DNA of 64,000 bases, from assembly GCA_003552465.1 (NCBI GenBank), contig PULQ01000060.1, positions 108 through 64,107 of the forward strand. Direction: 5' to 3'. Source of the stretch: Dehalococcoidia bacterium. GTDB lineage: Bacteria; Chloroflexota; Dehalococcoidia; GIF9; AB-539-J10. The translations under genes and the position numbers were made by a program. How positions within the stretch are numbered: position 1 is the stretch's first letter; every line of letters starts with the position of its first letter. The notes beneath the pieces are model-generated. The model ran no database searches, was not told the DNA's origin, and worked only from the letters and a program-made list of their open reading frames with translations. This document shows positions 46,642-57,198 of this stretch, in pieces.

Positions 46642-47181
46642 TCACTCTGTCCGCTCAACGTAAAGGAACAGGAGCAGGGCGGCGATGCTCTTGGCGTCGC
46701 AGATCTCGCCCGATGCTATCAGTTGCTGTGTCTGTTGGCGGGGGACTCGGACCAGCTCTATGCTTTCCGTGTCCTCTGCCACCAGGCGGCTCGACACAAG
46801 GTCGGTAGCCAGAAAGCAGTGGAGGTACTCATCGCCGTAGCCAGGGATGGCATAGAACCCACCTAGCCTCTCTACTCTGCCTGGCAGATAGCCGATCTCC
46901 TCCTGCAGTTCACGGCGCACTGCGTCGAGAGGCTCTTCCCCGGGGTCGATCCCGCCGGCGGGGATCTCGAGCAGGAACCTGCCAACAGCGTAGCGAAACT
47001 GGCGGACAAGAAGCACCCTATCGTCTTCGTCAACCGCCACCACAGCTATGCACTCGCTGTGCTCCACCACCTCCCTGGCCGCCTCCCTGCCGCGCGCGGT
47101 CTCCACTGTGTCTACTCGCAGTCCTACCGCGTGCCCGCGATAGACCCGCCGGGTAGTGATCTTCTTCTCTGGCTTGAGCAT
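46642..47181 (-). CDS. NUDIX hydrolase (ADP-ribose pyrophosphatase-like)
   Basis: Nudix box G...P.GG.D.GE....A..RELQEE.G; start could be 47223. Confidence 0.8.
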   Translation of the reverse strand: MLKPEKKITTRRVYRGHAVGLRVDTVETARGREAAREVVEHSECIAVVAVDEDDRVLLVRQFRYAVGRFLLEIPAGGIDPGEEPLDAVRRELQEEIGYLPGRVERLGGFYAIPGYGDEYLHCFLATDLVSSRLVAEDTESIELVRVPRQQTQQLIASGEICDAKSIAALLLFLYVERTE

Positions 47182-47303
47182 CGGTTGGCTACGTCCTGTG
47201 ATGTTTCTGTATGGCCGGTTCATGGTCTTCGCTCACACGGGCCCGGAGGGTTGCCTGTTATCGGCAACGGTCGAGGACTTCTGATAACCCGCCGTCTCAG
47301 TCC

Positions 47304-48191
47304 TCATGAACCTCGGTACGAATCTCCGGTCGCTCCTCCCCTCAGTTTCGCGCCTATCAGGCTGTAGAAGTAGGATGGTTCGCGGACTCGGAAGAAGCGG
47401 ACCGTGTTGCTGCTCAGCCGTATAACCACACTCTGCCCCTCGGATAGCGGAACCTCTACCTGTCCATCGATGCACAGCACAACCCGGTCTCTGTGTGCAA
47501 CCCTGAGGTTGACAGTGCTCTGGGAAGGCAAGACCACTGCATGGCTCAACCCCAGGTGACAGGATATTGGCTGGAGGACGATGTCTCTGGATAGAGGATG
47601 CAGGATCGGTCCGCCGGCTGCAAGGGAGTAGGCTGTGCTTCCTGTCGCTGTAGCCGCAACGATGCCGTCGGCTCTGTAAGTCGCTATCTCGGTGCCGTCG
47701 ACCTCTGCCTGTATATTGACGAGACGGACGGCGCTACTGTGAAGCACCGCGTCATTCAGTGCGTGGAAGCTCTTATCTTCAACTACGGCCTCCACCATCG
47801 CTCTCTCCTCTATCCACCCGTTCCCACTTAGCAGTCCAGGCAGACTGGACAGGACTTCGTCGCCGCTGATCTCTGTTATGAAGCCCAGCTTACCCAGGTT
47901 TATGCCGAGGATGGCCACCGGCGAGGGGGTTACGATCCGGGCTGCTCGCAGTATGGTGCCGTCACCACCGATACTAAGGATCAGATCGGTTCCGGCCACT
48001 TGTGGCCTCGCTGTGTCCTCATCGTGCGTCGAGCACTCCCATGAAGATACTCCCCGTGAGGACAGCATTTCTTCGAGCTGATGAGACAGGGTTCTGGCTT
48101 TCTCCGATAGAGGGTGATAAAGGATGCCGATACGCTTCACAGACGAGCGCAGTCTAGCACCGGCCCGTTGTGCTGTCAAACGAACTGGCAC
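47304..48191 (-). CDS. nadK: NAD kinase
   Basis: GGDGT motif (SIGGDGTILRAAR), NE/D..G; start may be downstream GTG (..VKRIGILYHP). Confidence 0.85.
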   Translation of the reverse strand: MPVRLTAQRAGARLRSSVKRIGILYHPLSEKARTLSHQLEEMLSSRGVSSWECSTHDEDTARPQVAGTDLILSIGGDGTILRAARIVTPSPVAILGINLGKLGFITEISGDEVLSSLPGLLSGNGWIEERAMVEAVVEDKSFHALNDAVLHSSAVRLVNIQAEVDGTEIATYRADGIVAATATGSTAYSLAAGGPILHPLSRDIVLQPISCHLGLSHAVVLPSQSTVNLRVAHRDRVVLCIDGQVEVPLSEGQSVVIRLSSNTVRFFRVREPSYFYSLIGAKLRGGATGDSYRGS

Positions 48192-48356
48192 GTGGTCCTA
48201 CGTGTAGTAGTGAGATCAATGCCTTGGTTGAGAGCACCGTGCCTGCAGTCTACGCCATGTGGCCCTGTCAGCCGGGGCGATTCTCGGGCCGATGCGCGGT
48301 AGTGGGCCGGACGTCCTTACCACTGCCGATTGCGGCGTGCCGGTCACCCGGGATTG

Positions 48357-48385
48357 TTGCGACCGCCAACAGGGCTTGGTACAAT
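48357..48385 (+). promoter_or_regulatory. Promoter TTGCGA-17-TACAAT for the HNH gene
   Basis: ttgcga 48357-62, tacaat 48380-85. Confidence 0.35.
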
Positions 48386-48415
48386 AGCCGCATTACCGAC
48401 AGCAGGGTCGCAGCC

Positions 48416-48925
48416 ATGATAGACTATCCGGTTCTAGTGCTTAACCAGAGCTATGAGCCCCTCAACCTCTGTCGCACGCGTCGAGCCATAGTACTCGTCT
48501 TCAGGGGCAAGGCTGAGGTTCTCGAGAACAGCAGGGGCGAAATGCGCTCTGTGAGAGAGATCTTCCAGATACCCTCCGTCATCCGTCTGGTCTATATGGT
48601 AACCCGTCCCCGACATGAGAGAAAGCTAAGCAGATATGAGGTGTTCAGTCGCGATCAGTACACTTGCCAGTACTGTGGTAAGCAGAGCAAAGAGCTTACA
48701 CTGGACCATGTCGTACCTCGGCGGTGGGGAGGTACGCACACCTGGGAGAACGTGGTAAGCGCCTGCATTCCCTGTAACAGGCGCAAGGGCGGACGCAACC
48801 CCGATGAGGCAAGGATGAAACTGCTTCGACAGCCCCGCTCTCCCCGGAACGATGGCTTCCACGTCCCGTACCACCTGCTCAGCAATCATGCTGAGTGGCA
48901 GAAGTATCTACCCTCCCTGAACTAG
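48416..48925 (+). CDS. Stand-alone HNH endonuclease (McrA-like)
   Basis: CQYCG..LDHVVPRRWGG..WENVVSACIPCNRRKG HNH motif; 169 aa. Confidence 0.8.
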   Translation: MIDYPVLVLNQSYEPLNLCRTRRAIVLVFRGKAEVLENSRGEMRSVREIFQIPSVIRLVYMVTRPRHERKLSRYEVFSRDQYTCQYCGKQSKELTLDHVVPRRWGGTHTWENVVSACIPCNRRKGGRNPDEARMKLLRQPRSPRNDGFHVPYHLLSNHAEWQKYLPSLN

Positions 48926-49693
48926 TTGATCGAGGGGTAGCTCGGCAATCGTCTCGTTCTCCAGACGCACGGTCACCGTCTCCTTCAGCAGGTTCGTGCC
49001 GATCACCGTGGCCTTGCCGCGTGGTGTCATGACCTCTTGTTTTAGTCTGGGCATCCTCTTCTTCACAGCGGCATACTCCTTGCTTTCGTACGACAGGCAG
49101 CAGAGAAGCCTTCCACATATGCCCGAGATCTTCATCGGATTCAGCGCGAGGCTCTGTTCCTTGGCCATCTTGATGGACACGGACGCAAAGCTGGTGAGGA
49201 AGTTCTGGCAACACAGCGGGTATCCGCACCTCCCCACGCTTCCGAGGAGTTTGGCCTCATCCCTCGGCCCGGCCTGCCTTAACTCAACCTTCATCTGCAG
49301 AGCCTGACTCAGTCTGCGGACCAGTTCCCGGAAGTCGATCCTCTCCTGGGCGCTGAAGAACACTGTCAGGCGCTCGCTGTCAAGATCGTGGCGAACCAGC
49401 AGGGGCTTCATCTCCAGGCCTAGTTCAGCTGCCATTTCTGCGCATCTGTTCAGGGCTTCTTCTCTGAGCTTCAGACTGGCTAGCTCCAGATCGTCTGCCT
49501 CGGCAAGGCGCACTATGTTCAACGATTGCTCATCAGACCGGGTTCTGGCTTCCAGCGTAACGACCTTTGCCACATCCGGCCCCTGGTCGGTATCAACGAC
49601 CACATGATCATCTACCTGCAGCGGCAGATCATCAGCGTCGCAGCTGACTACTCGTCCCCTGGAGCGGAATCTGACTCCGACTTTCTTAGTCAT
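48908..49693 (-). CDS. ricT: PSP1 C-terminal domain protein RicT/YaaT
   Basis: PSP1 domain signature ..GICGRLLCCL.YE; downstream of holB as in Bacillus yaaT. Confidence 0.8.
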   Translation of the reverse strand: MTKKVGVRFRSRGRVVSCDADDLPLQVDDHVVVDTDQGPDVAKVVTLEARTRSDEQSLNIVRLAEADDLELASLKLREEALNRCAEMAAELGLEMKPLLVRHDLDSERLTVFFSAQERIDFRELVRRLSQALQMKVELRQAGPRDEAKLLGSVGRCGYPLCCQNFLTSFASVSIKMAKEQSLALNPMKISGICGRLLCCLSYESKEYAAVKKRMPRLKQEVMTPRGKATVIGTNLLKETVTVRLENETIAELPLDQLVQGG

Positions 49694-49724
49694 CGTTGTC
49701 TATTATGGACCCTCCAGGCCCTCT

Positions 49725-50750
49725 TCACAAGTGTGCGGCGATGTTCCCTCTCCGGGCGCGTGTTCTGGTAGATGCTGGTAGATCGAGCATGAGAGATTCC
49801 ATTGCCAGACGCGGATTGATGTTCCTCGAGACCTCCTGTTGAAGGGAACAGAGTCGGGAGAGAAATCGTCTGATATCGAGCAGGTCCAGGCACCCTGCTT
49901 GTTCCTCCAGTGCTTCCAGGTGCTCGTTGTTCACGACTGCCTCGCTATAGCCCCCTCTGACAAGCATCAGGTCACGCCACCAATCCAACCAGACCTGCAT
50001 TGTCTCTGCCGCGGCCCGACGGTTGGCACTGAACTGGGTTGCCAGTTCCTGGGCGTAGGCGAACCTTTCCGACAGATCGGCCGCCAGCAGGCTGGATAGT
50101 CTCGTCACATCTTGCGAACGTTGCTCCAGCATATCATCATCGGACAGTGCTGCCAGAGCCCAGCCAAGACAGCCATGACAGAGGTGGCTGAGGAGCTTCG
50201 CTCTATCAGGGTCAACTCCGTACGAACTGACGAGCACCTCCTGTACCCTTTGAGGTGGCACAGGTCTTAGCTCCAGTCGCTGACAGCGGGATAAGACTGT
50301 TGGTAGTAGACGGTCCTCATCGGCAGCCAGCAACAACCAGGCCACCCTTTGCGGTGGCTCCTCCAATATCTTGAGCAGGGCATTGGCCGCTTCGGTGGAC
50401 AGGTATTCCGCGCCATCGATGATGAACGCTTTGCACTTACCCTCGTATGGTGGCAGGCTGGCCATTCGCTGCAGTCCGCGTATGTCCTCGATACCGATCT
50501 CGGTACGAGAATCCAGGCCGGTGACCGTGACGTCTGCGTGCTTACCCTCCAGTATGCGCCGGCACGACCTGCATTGTCCGCAGGGAACTCCGGGCCCCTC
50601 GCAGTTTAAGGCGCAGGCAAGATCCAGAGCCAGGGTGCCCTTGCCTATGTGCCTGGGCCCTACGAGAAGATATGCGTGGGCTATGCCGTTGCCTGCAAGG
50701 CTGTAGTCAAGCAAGGATACGATCCTGTCCTGGCCGATTACCCTCCACAT
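49725..50750 (-). CDS. holB: DNA polymerase III subunit delta'
   Basis: AHAYLLVGP..IGKGTLA..A..LNC, Zn-module CGQCRSC, SRC. Confidence 0.85.
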   Translation of the reverse strand: MWRVIGQDRIVSLLDYSLAGNGIAHAYLLVGPRHIGKGTLALDLACALNCEGPGVPCGQCRSCRRILEGKHADVTVTGLDSRTEIGIEDIRGLQRMASLPPYEGKCKAFIIDGAEYLSTEAANALLKILEEPPQRVAWLLLAADEDRLLPTVLSRCQRLELRPVPPQRVQEVLVSSYGVDPDRAKLLSHLCHGCLGWALAALSDDDMLEQRSQDVTRLSSLLAADLSERFAYAQELATQFSANRRAAAETMQVWLDWWRDLMLVRGGYSEAVVNNEHLEALEEQAGCLDLLDIRRFLSRLCSLQQEVSRNINPRLAMESLMLDLPASTRTRARRGNIAAHL

Positions 50751-51085
50751 TTCAGTCTGGCTCCACCTGCGCAGTACATCTACGGTCTTGCCAGCCGAAC
50801 GGGATGTGCCCTCTCTCCTCCTGGCCCCAGCCGCAGGCTGCCTGAGGACGGCACCGGAGTGGCTCTATATCTCGGCAGAGGCAGCCTGTATCAGGCGGGA
50901 AACCGTTCAACTCGGCTCGTAATGGTAGCCTGTAACGCTGCGGCAAGTCAAAGTGCCGAACCTGCCATCGGTGGCTGCTTCAGATGCGCTTTGGACGGTC
51001 TGACTGTGCTTTGCTACAATGTGTGACGCAGACAAGAATACGCGCCGTGAGGATCGACACCGATCGGTGATATGGGAGGCCTGGC

Positions 51086-52063
51086 ATGGAGCAGTCCACT
51101 GCACACGATGTTGCGACCAGAATAATCGAGAACATAGAGAAGGTAATCATAGGAAAGAGGCGAGAGGTGGAGATGGCGGTGATTGCCCTGCTGAGTCAGG
51201 GCCATGTCCTGGTGGAGGATGTGCCGGGAGTTGGCAAGACGATGCTGGGCAAGAGCCTGGCCAGGTCGATAGACTGCGTGTTCCGGAGGATTCAGCTTAC
51301 GCCGGACATGCTGCCCTCCGACGTCACAGGTGTGTCGGTGTTCAACCAGCAGACCCGCGAGTTCGAGTTCCGCCCTGGCCCCATCCTGGGGCAGATCGTG
51401 CTGGCAGACGAGATCAACAGGGCTACGCCCAAGACCCAGTCGGCGTTGCTTGAGGCTATGGAGGAGCACCAGGTTACCGTGGACGGGATAACCCATAGCA
51501 TCGATCGTCCCTTCATGGTTATCGCGACCGAAAATCCTATCGAGTATGAAGGAGTCTTTCCTCTGCCGGAGGCACAACTCGATCGATTCATGGTTCGGAT
51601 ACAACTGGGTTATCCTTCATTCGAAGATGAGGTATCGATAATGGATAGCCAGCGGGTGCGTCATCCCATCGACAGCCTTGACGCGGTCGCGAGTGCAGAC
51701 GAGGTGAACGGGGCGCAGGAAGCCGTCAAGGAGGTCTTCGTTCACGATCAGATGAAACGGTACATAGTATCACTGGTGCATGCGACACGATCACATGACG
51801 ATGCAGCCCTCGGTGCCTCGCCTCGGGCATCGCTTGCCCTCTTTCGGGGCTGTCAGGCGCTGGCGCTGCTGCGGGGACGGGACTATGTCCTGCCGGATGA
51901 TGTCAAGGAGCTGGCGGTTACGGTGATGGGGCACCGGGTGATAATAACGCCTGCGGCCCGTATGAAGAGGGTTGAAACAGGTCGCATCGTGGAGGAGGCG
52001 CTGGACAGTGTGGTAGTGCCGGGAGGCAAGTCAGCCGACTGGATTAGTGGGAGCCGAACCTGA
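51086..52063 (+). CDS. moxR: MoxR-family AAA+ ATPase
   Basis: Walker A VPGVGKT, Walker [10 protein letters not shown], 325 aa. Confidence 0.9.
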   Translation: MEQSTAHDVATRIIENIEKVIIGKRREVEMAVIALLSQGHVLVEDVPGVGKTMLGKSLARSIDCVFRRIQLTPDMLPSDVTGVSVFNQQTREFEFRPGPILGQIVLADEINRATPKTQSALLEAMEEHQVTVDGITHSIDRPFMVIATENPIEYEGVFPLPEAQLDRFMVRIQLGYPSFEDEVSIMDSQRVRHPIDSLDAVASADEVNGAQEAVKEVFVHDQMKRYIVSLVHATRSHDDAALGASPRASLALFRGCQALALLRGRDYVLPDDVKELAVTVMGHRVIITPAARMKRVETGRIVEEALDSVVVPGGKSADWISGSRT

Positions 52064-52143
52064 GAGGCGGACCCTGCATAGATGCCGGTCTCTCAGGAGA
52101 CCGATGATCTAAGGGTTGTGTGTACCGGAATCACTGGCTGGCT

Positions 52144-54762
52144 TCAGCGCAATCTGCCGGGTAGTAGACCTCGGAGTGCACGACGGATGAGATGGTTGCG
52201 TACCGGTGGCCATGCCTCGGCGACCTTGCGCCTGTCCTCGTCGGTAATGCCATGTTGCCCGTAGCAACTGCGCACATAAGTGTCCACGATTCTCTCAAGT
52301 GATGTCGATACCTGCGGCGCAGCGGTAGTCAACCTGCTGCCGTATTCATTAGGAGTCAGGTTGTCCTGGGGGCCCAATCCGCTGAGCGCAGCAAGGTAGC
52401 CCGTTCTTGAGTATGCAAGTCGAGGCTCAGTCGTCTCCCCGAACAGACGCCTCCGCGCCAGCCAGAAGGCGAGGCCGAGTGCCGTCAATCCGGTGGCTAC
52501 TCCCAGTGGTAGGAGGAACTGACGCATGTCCCTTCGATCCGGCTGTGTCTCTCCTGGAGCTGGGTGGGTATGGGCCGTATCATCGTCAGGAGGGTCTGTA
52601 GGCAGCCCGGGGAAGATTCCCGGCTCATCTCCTCTTTCGGGAGCGATCTCCCTCTCACCTCCTCCGTCCTCGGATGGCAACCCTGCCAGGTCCTCTCCGG
52701 TGATGATGGTGTAGCCAGGTGTGGGTTCAAATGGTATCCAGCCGTATTCGGGGAAGAAGACCTCGCACCAGGCGTGGCTGTTATTCGCGAAGAAGGAGCG
52801 ATGTTGACCATGTGAGCCGTTGACAGGGTGCTCGGTGGCGCTGTCATCCGAGTCGTCCATCAGTCCCTCAGCCACATACCCTGCCACAAAGCGTGACGGC
52901 ACTCCGCGTGCGCGCAGCATCACGGTCATGGCAGATGCGAAATGGGTGCAGTATCCCTTCTCTAGCTCAAAGAGGAAGTATTCGACCGCGTCGGCACCAT
53001 GCGGTGGTGCTGTTACATCCAGTGCGTATTCGAGCGTTCTCAGATAGTCACGAATCGCGACAGCCATTTCATACGGAGTCTCAGCGTCGCTTGTGAGTTC
53101 CCATGCCAGGTTGGCGACACCAGATGGCGTGTCCTCGGGAAGCTGGAGATATGTGTCCGTGATCCAGCCGGGATAGTCGGTGCCTGCAGCGATCAGATCA
53201 CCCTCGCTGGCTGTAGATACGAGCACTGAGGTCTCGTACGATTCTCCCGAAGCAAGCGAATCCGCCGCGAGTATTGAGACTATGGCCAGGGGCGACGGGA
53301 TATGTCGTTCTACTGTTACCTGAGTAGCCTGTCCTCCTGTGAAGTCTTTAGACACCAGACTGACGTCGGGGGGCAGCACAGACACGATGTCCCGTGATGT
53401 GAGTGCATGATCAGAGGCATCGGACATCTCCTGTAGCCGCAACTGTGCCTGCTGAAGGTCATCCGGCAAGCCTTCCGCATCGCCGGGGGTGTCAGGCTGG
53501 CTCCCGACAATCGATAGGTGGTAACGAGGAGATTGCAGCGCCTCGATAGTATGGCCAACCGATATGTCGACTGGGTAGCCACCTATGAAGATGGGTTCAC
53601 CCTGCCCGATCGGTAACATAGTCGTCACCCTAACATCGATCTCACGCGTGTGCATGAGCCCGGTATCCAGCCCGGACCCGAACCTCGACCCCGGAGACGT
53701 CGAATATGTCGGGCTCGTTTGCCACCCACGGTGATCGTACACATCGTAGTGTCTGGCCGTCAGGTAGATTGCTGTAGGAGCTGTGACGATGATGGCCGGC
53801 TCATCTCTCAGAGACGCGGCCCCCCCAATGGTCTGTACTGGTCGGAAAGAATGAACCTCAGCCGGCCTGGTGGGAGGGGTGCCGCCCAGGGTTCTGTAGA
53901 GGTCGAATGCAATCAACTGGACCGGTCTGGTTGCTGCGTTCCATGCTCCAGTCATGGAGTCAAACGTAGTTGCTCTGATCGGTAGCAGCGACGCAACAAG
54001 TACCACTACCACGGCAAACCACAGGCCATCCGGCGCGCGCAGCTTAGACCTGCGCGGGAAGTGCTGGATACCTCTGCGCTCCCAGTTACGGTTGCGCTGC
54101 AGCGTATACAGGCGGGCTGCCAGAAGCAGGGCTGAGAAGAGGTAAAGGTACAGGTATAGCTCTGGCTCTCTGGGAAGCATTGTGGTGAGGCTGGCTATCA
54201 CGATCGTTCCGCAAGGAATCAGTGTTCCCCACATATTGCGTTTTCTGAATAGAGACCATGAACTGATGAAACCCGCGGTCCATGACGCAAAGAGAAGGGA
54301 GAAGCTCAGTGGTAGCCACTCGCGCGATGGTGCTTCGCTTGCGATCCCCTGCCACCATGTGGATAAACGGGCTGCGGTATCTGCATGCCGGTCGAGGGCA
54401 GTTGCACCCTCGCTCAGTGTCGTGAGGTAGTAGAAACTCAGATAAAGCCCCACCAGGAGTCCGCCTGTAACCAGCGGCCAGCCACGGAGGGGGATCTTTG
54501 CCAGCACCAGGCCGAGCAGTACGCTCCACAGGGCGATGCTGTACAGTCCGGGTGTCGGAGTTGGGTGAGCGATCCTGAGTGACCAGAAGGCCACCATTAC
54601 CGAGATGAGGAGCAGCAGAAAGGTTGTCCAGCCTTCCGCCGGCCCCATCACGAGACGCCATAATAGGGTCTTTGCGTACCGTGCGGCAACCAGTGTACCG
54701 TGTTTGACACGCAGGAGTACCTTATATGCTATTGTGGTCAGTAGTATCGTTCTCGGCTTCAT
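52144..54762 (-). CDS. Transglutaminase-domain membrane protein (TgpA-like, N-terminal multi-TM DUF3488-like + transglutaminase core)
   Basis: GYCTHFASAMTVMLRARGVPSRFVAGY Cys active-site context; multiple N-terminal TM helices. Confidence 0.85.
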   Translation of the reverse strand: MKPRTILLTTIAYKVLLRVKHGTLVAARYAKTLLWRLVMGPAEGWTTFLLLLISVMVAFWSLRIAHPTPTPGLYSIALWSVLLGLVLAKIPLRGWPLVTGGLLVGLYLSFYYLTTLSEGATALDRHADTAARLSTWWQGIASEAPSREWLPLSFSLLFASWTAGFISSWSLFRKRNMWGTLIPCGTIVIASLTTMLPREPELYLYLYLFSALLLAARLYTLQRNRNWERRGIQHFPRRSKLRAPDGLWFAVVVVLVASLLPIRATTFDSMTGAWNAATRPVQLIAFDLYRTLGGTPPTRPAEVHSFRPVQTIGGAASLRDEPAIIVTAPTAIYLTARHYDVYDHRGWQTSPTYSTSPGSRFGSGLDTGLMHTREIDVRVTTMLPIGQGEPIFIGGYPVDISVGHTIEALQSPRYHLSIVGSQPDTPGDAEGLPDDLQQAQLRLQEMSDASDHALTSRDIVSVLPPDVSLVSKDFTGGQATQVTVERHIPSPLAIVSILAADSLASGESYETSVLVSTASEGDLIAAGTDYPGWITDTYLQLPEDTPSGVANLAWELTSDAETPYEMAVAIRDYLRTLEYALDVTAPPHGADAVEYFLFELEKGYCTHFASAMTVMLRARGVPSRFVAGYVAEGLMDDSDDSATEHPVNGSHGQHRSFFANNSHAWCEVFFPEYGWIPFEPTPGYTIITGEDLAGLPSEDGGGEREIAPERGDEPGIFPGLPTDPPDDDTAHTHPAPGETQPDRRDMRQFLLPLGVATGLTALGLAFWLARRRLFGETTEPRLAYSRTGYLAALSGLGPQDNLTPNEYGSRLTTAAPQVSTSLERIVDTYVRSCYGQHGITDEDRRKVAEAWPPVRNHLIRRALRGLLPGRLR

Positions 54763-54774
54763 CTCAACACCATT

Positions 54775-56148
54775 CTAGGCCTCTAACACCGGCGTTAGCA
54801 GAGATGTATCGGACAGCTCTGCTACGGTCGTCGGATGAGATAGCGCACGGGAGACGTTGTCTCCGCTCCGCACAATGTAGGACTTAATGCCTGTGCTCAT
54901 GAGTCTTGAACCTGCCTCGGCGCACGATCGTTCTCCTCCGAAGCTCAACGGGTCGACAAGAACTACTGCAATGCTAAGGCCGAGGTACTGGAGATGCTGA
55001 AGCTCCGATACCCAGTCAGTCTCCGCAGATGAAGTGATGACGATGGTCGAGGCCAATCTCCCGATCTTGGGCGAGTTTTCCACAAGCACTTCTTTGAGAG
55101 AGACAGTGCCCTCCGTCTTGGACAGGGCCAGGGTCTCCAGTAGCCTGGACATCTGTGTAGCACCTCCAGAAGGAGCCAGCACGTATTCGTGGTCGCCGTA
55201 TGCGATCAGCCCGGCCGAGCACTGTTGCGACAGGGCGAAGCCTGCTATGGATGCTGCAACTGTCACAGCACATTCATCGGTTCTCTGGTTCTCGCTTATC
55301 CAGTGCGTGCTACGGTCGAGATCGAGGATTATCCACACATCGCTTGATTTCCCGGAGTCGAAGTCCTTCGACATCAACTGTCCGTGCCTTGCGGTTGATG
55401 GCCAGTGAATCCGATTCAGGCCGTCCCCGTGGCTGTAATCCCGTACACTGCTTGCCTGGGCACTCCGGGTGTGAAGGTGAAGGGGTGCCCTCTCCTCTCC
55501 GGACAGATCTGCCACCGGCAACTCGAATCCCGTCAGTTCAACGACGCGTGGGTAGACTACCACTGTGACAGGATGAGTATGGGTCGTCTGCATGCGAAAG
55601 AGACCTAAGGGATCGCTGCTATGTGCAACTAGTGGCCCAATCGTGTAGACTCCCCTCGAACGACATAACACTTCTGTTGTCCACTGCTCCCATCCCCGTG
55701 CCGGCAGTCGAGTGGCACCTTCACACACATGTCCGGGCATGTCACTGGCCAGCCCTATCTCCACCCAACCAGTGGGAATAAACGAGTCATTATGTACGCA
55801 GATAGACCCTGCTAATACTTCTCCGACCTGTCCAACCAGGCCCTGTTCCTCCATCCACATGTCGACACGTCGCAGATTTATCCATGTCCAGACATAGCAG
55901 GCGGCTATCGCAACGATAAGGAAGTACCCGAAACGGTAGAGAACCACCTCACCGGTGGCCGGGGCAATGAGCAAGACGATGGCCAGGATAGCAAGCATTC
56001 CTCTGCCTCTTGGAGTGGTCTGGGCATGAAACCGGGACAGCGCAGCTCGTATCATCTGCACAGGCAGGTACAGTCTTGCGGTCAATCCTCTGAGCATGTT
56101 ACTCGTCCCTGTATATAGTATAACGCATGTTGTGGCTAAAGGTTGCAT
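54775..56148 (-). CDS. DUF58-domain protein (vWA-like partner of MoxR/TgpA systems)
   Basis: N-terminal TMs; DUF58-like core ..RDYSHGD..IHWPSTAR..; adjacent to tgpA. Confidence 0.75.
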   Translation of the reverse strand: MQPLATTCVILYTGTSNMLRGLTARLYLPVQMIRAALSRFHAQTTPRGRGMLAILAIVLLIAPATGEVVLYRFGYFLIVAIAACYVWTWINLRRVDMWMEEQGLVGQVGEVLAGSICVHNDSFIPTGWVEIGLASDMPGHVCEGATRLPARGWEQWTTEVLCRSRGVYTIGPLVAHSSDPLGLFRMQTTHTHPVTVVVYPRVVELTGFELPVADLSGEERAPLHLHTRSAQASSVRDYSHGDGLNRIHWPSTARHGQLMSKDFDSGKSSDVWIILDLDRSTHWISENQRTDECAVTVAASIAGFALSQQCSAGLIAYGDHEYVLAPSGGATQMSRLLETLALSKTEGTVSLKEVLVENSPKIGRLASTIVITSSAETDWVSELQHLQYLGLSIAVVLVDPLSFGGERSCAEAGSRLMSTGIKSYIVRSGDNVSRALSHPTTVAELSDTSLLTPVLEA

Positions 56149-56325
56149 TGCTCAGGTTGGCTGAGGCATCTGCCAGTCTGCCTCGCTAAGGCCGGTCGCC
56201 CTTTCGGGATTAGATGGGCTGGATTCCTTGCGTTACCTCACGGCGTCTGCTCGAACCTCACACTCACCCGGGTGAAGGCATGTGTGGTTCCGGCGGAAAG
56301 TGTTCGGCGGGTCAATCCACGAGGT

Positions 56326-57165
56326 TCACTCTGCTCTGACAGGGTCCTCTTCGTGTGCCTTCGAGAGATCGATCAGTCCTCTTCTCTCACAGGCCTCTAT
56401 GCACTTGTGGCACTGAGTGCACTTATCCTGTATGATCTGAACTATGCCCTGCTCCTTGTTCCACTCCATGGCGTCATGCTCGCAAGCCTTCAGGCACTTC
56501 CGACAACGAATACAGCCGAGTTCACACTTCTCTCGGCCCGGGATGTCCCGCAACGGCCGGTAACTACACAGGAGTACGATCTTTGTTCCTGCCGGGACCA
56601 GTTCGATCAGGTTGTGTGGGCACTCAGCAACGCAGAGCCCGCATCCGGTGCACCTGCTCTGGTCCACCAGTGCTATGTTCTTGTCAGGGTCGATAGATAT
56701 CGCGTCCTGGGGACAAACGGCAGCGCAGTCACCGAGGCCCATGCAGGCATAGGGGCACCTCTTGTATCCACCGAGGATCTGGGCGGCCGCTTTGCACGTC
56801 ATGGCACCGCTGTATTCACATATGACCTCCGAGTTGCCGGCGCAGTGAATGACGGCCTTTCTGCTCAACTCCGAGGCATCCAGAGTTACGCCCAGAGCCT
56901 TCTCCAGTTGTGCTACTCGCTCGGGATCATTCAGTGTCATTGAGCATGGAGACCTGGTGACGAGGTCGGGTTGTTGTGAAAGCGCCTGGGCATAGGCGAA
57001 ACAGCCCGGCTGGCCGCAGGCACCGCAGTTCGCTCCTGGCAGGATGGCGTTTATCTGCTCGGTCTTCTCCAGTCCCTTTACCTTCTGCGGTACCTTCACG
57101 AAAACAAGGTAGATGATAAGACCGCAGGCCAGTGCTATTCCGGCAAGAGCCGCGATGTGAGTCAT
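56326..57165 (-). CDS. rnfB: Rnf electron-transport complex subunit B
   Basis: N-terminal TM + CGACGQPGC cluster motif + multiple 4Fe-4S ferredoxin CxxCxxCxxxCP motifs. Confidence 0.9.
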   Translation of the reverse strand: MTHIAALAGIALACGLIIYLVFVKVPQKVKGLEKTEQINAILPGANCGACGQPGCFAYAQALSQQPDLVTRSPCSMTLNDPERVAQLEKALGVTLDASELSRKAVIHCAGNSEVICEYSGAMTCKAAAQILGGYKRCPYACMGLGDCAAVCPQDAISIDPDKNIALVDQSRCTGCGLCVAECPHNLIELVPAGTKIVLLCSYRPLRDIPGREKCELGCIRCRKCLKACEHDAMEWNKEQGIVQIIQDKCTQCHKCIEACERRGLIDLSKAHEEDPVRAE

Positions 57166-57198
57166 ACTATCGTAAGCCCTCCCATTCGATGCTGTGCA

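Noticed and set aside
50751-51085. tRNA, rRNA or other stable-RNA gene in the long intergenic regions (50751-51085, 61269-61638, 28733-29084, 33253-33458)
   Set aside because: No cloverleaf-compatible sequence (no GTTCGAATC-type T-arm or acceptor/CCA context) was recognised. No rRNA or CRISPR repeat arrays were seen anywhere in the window.
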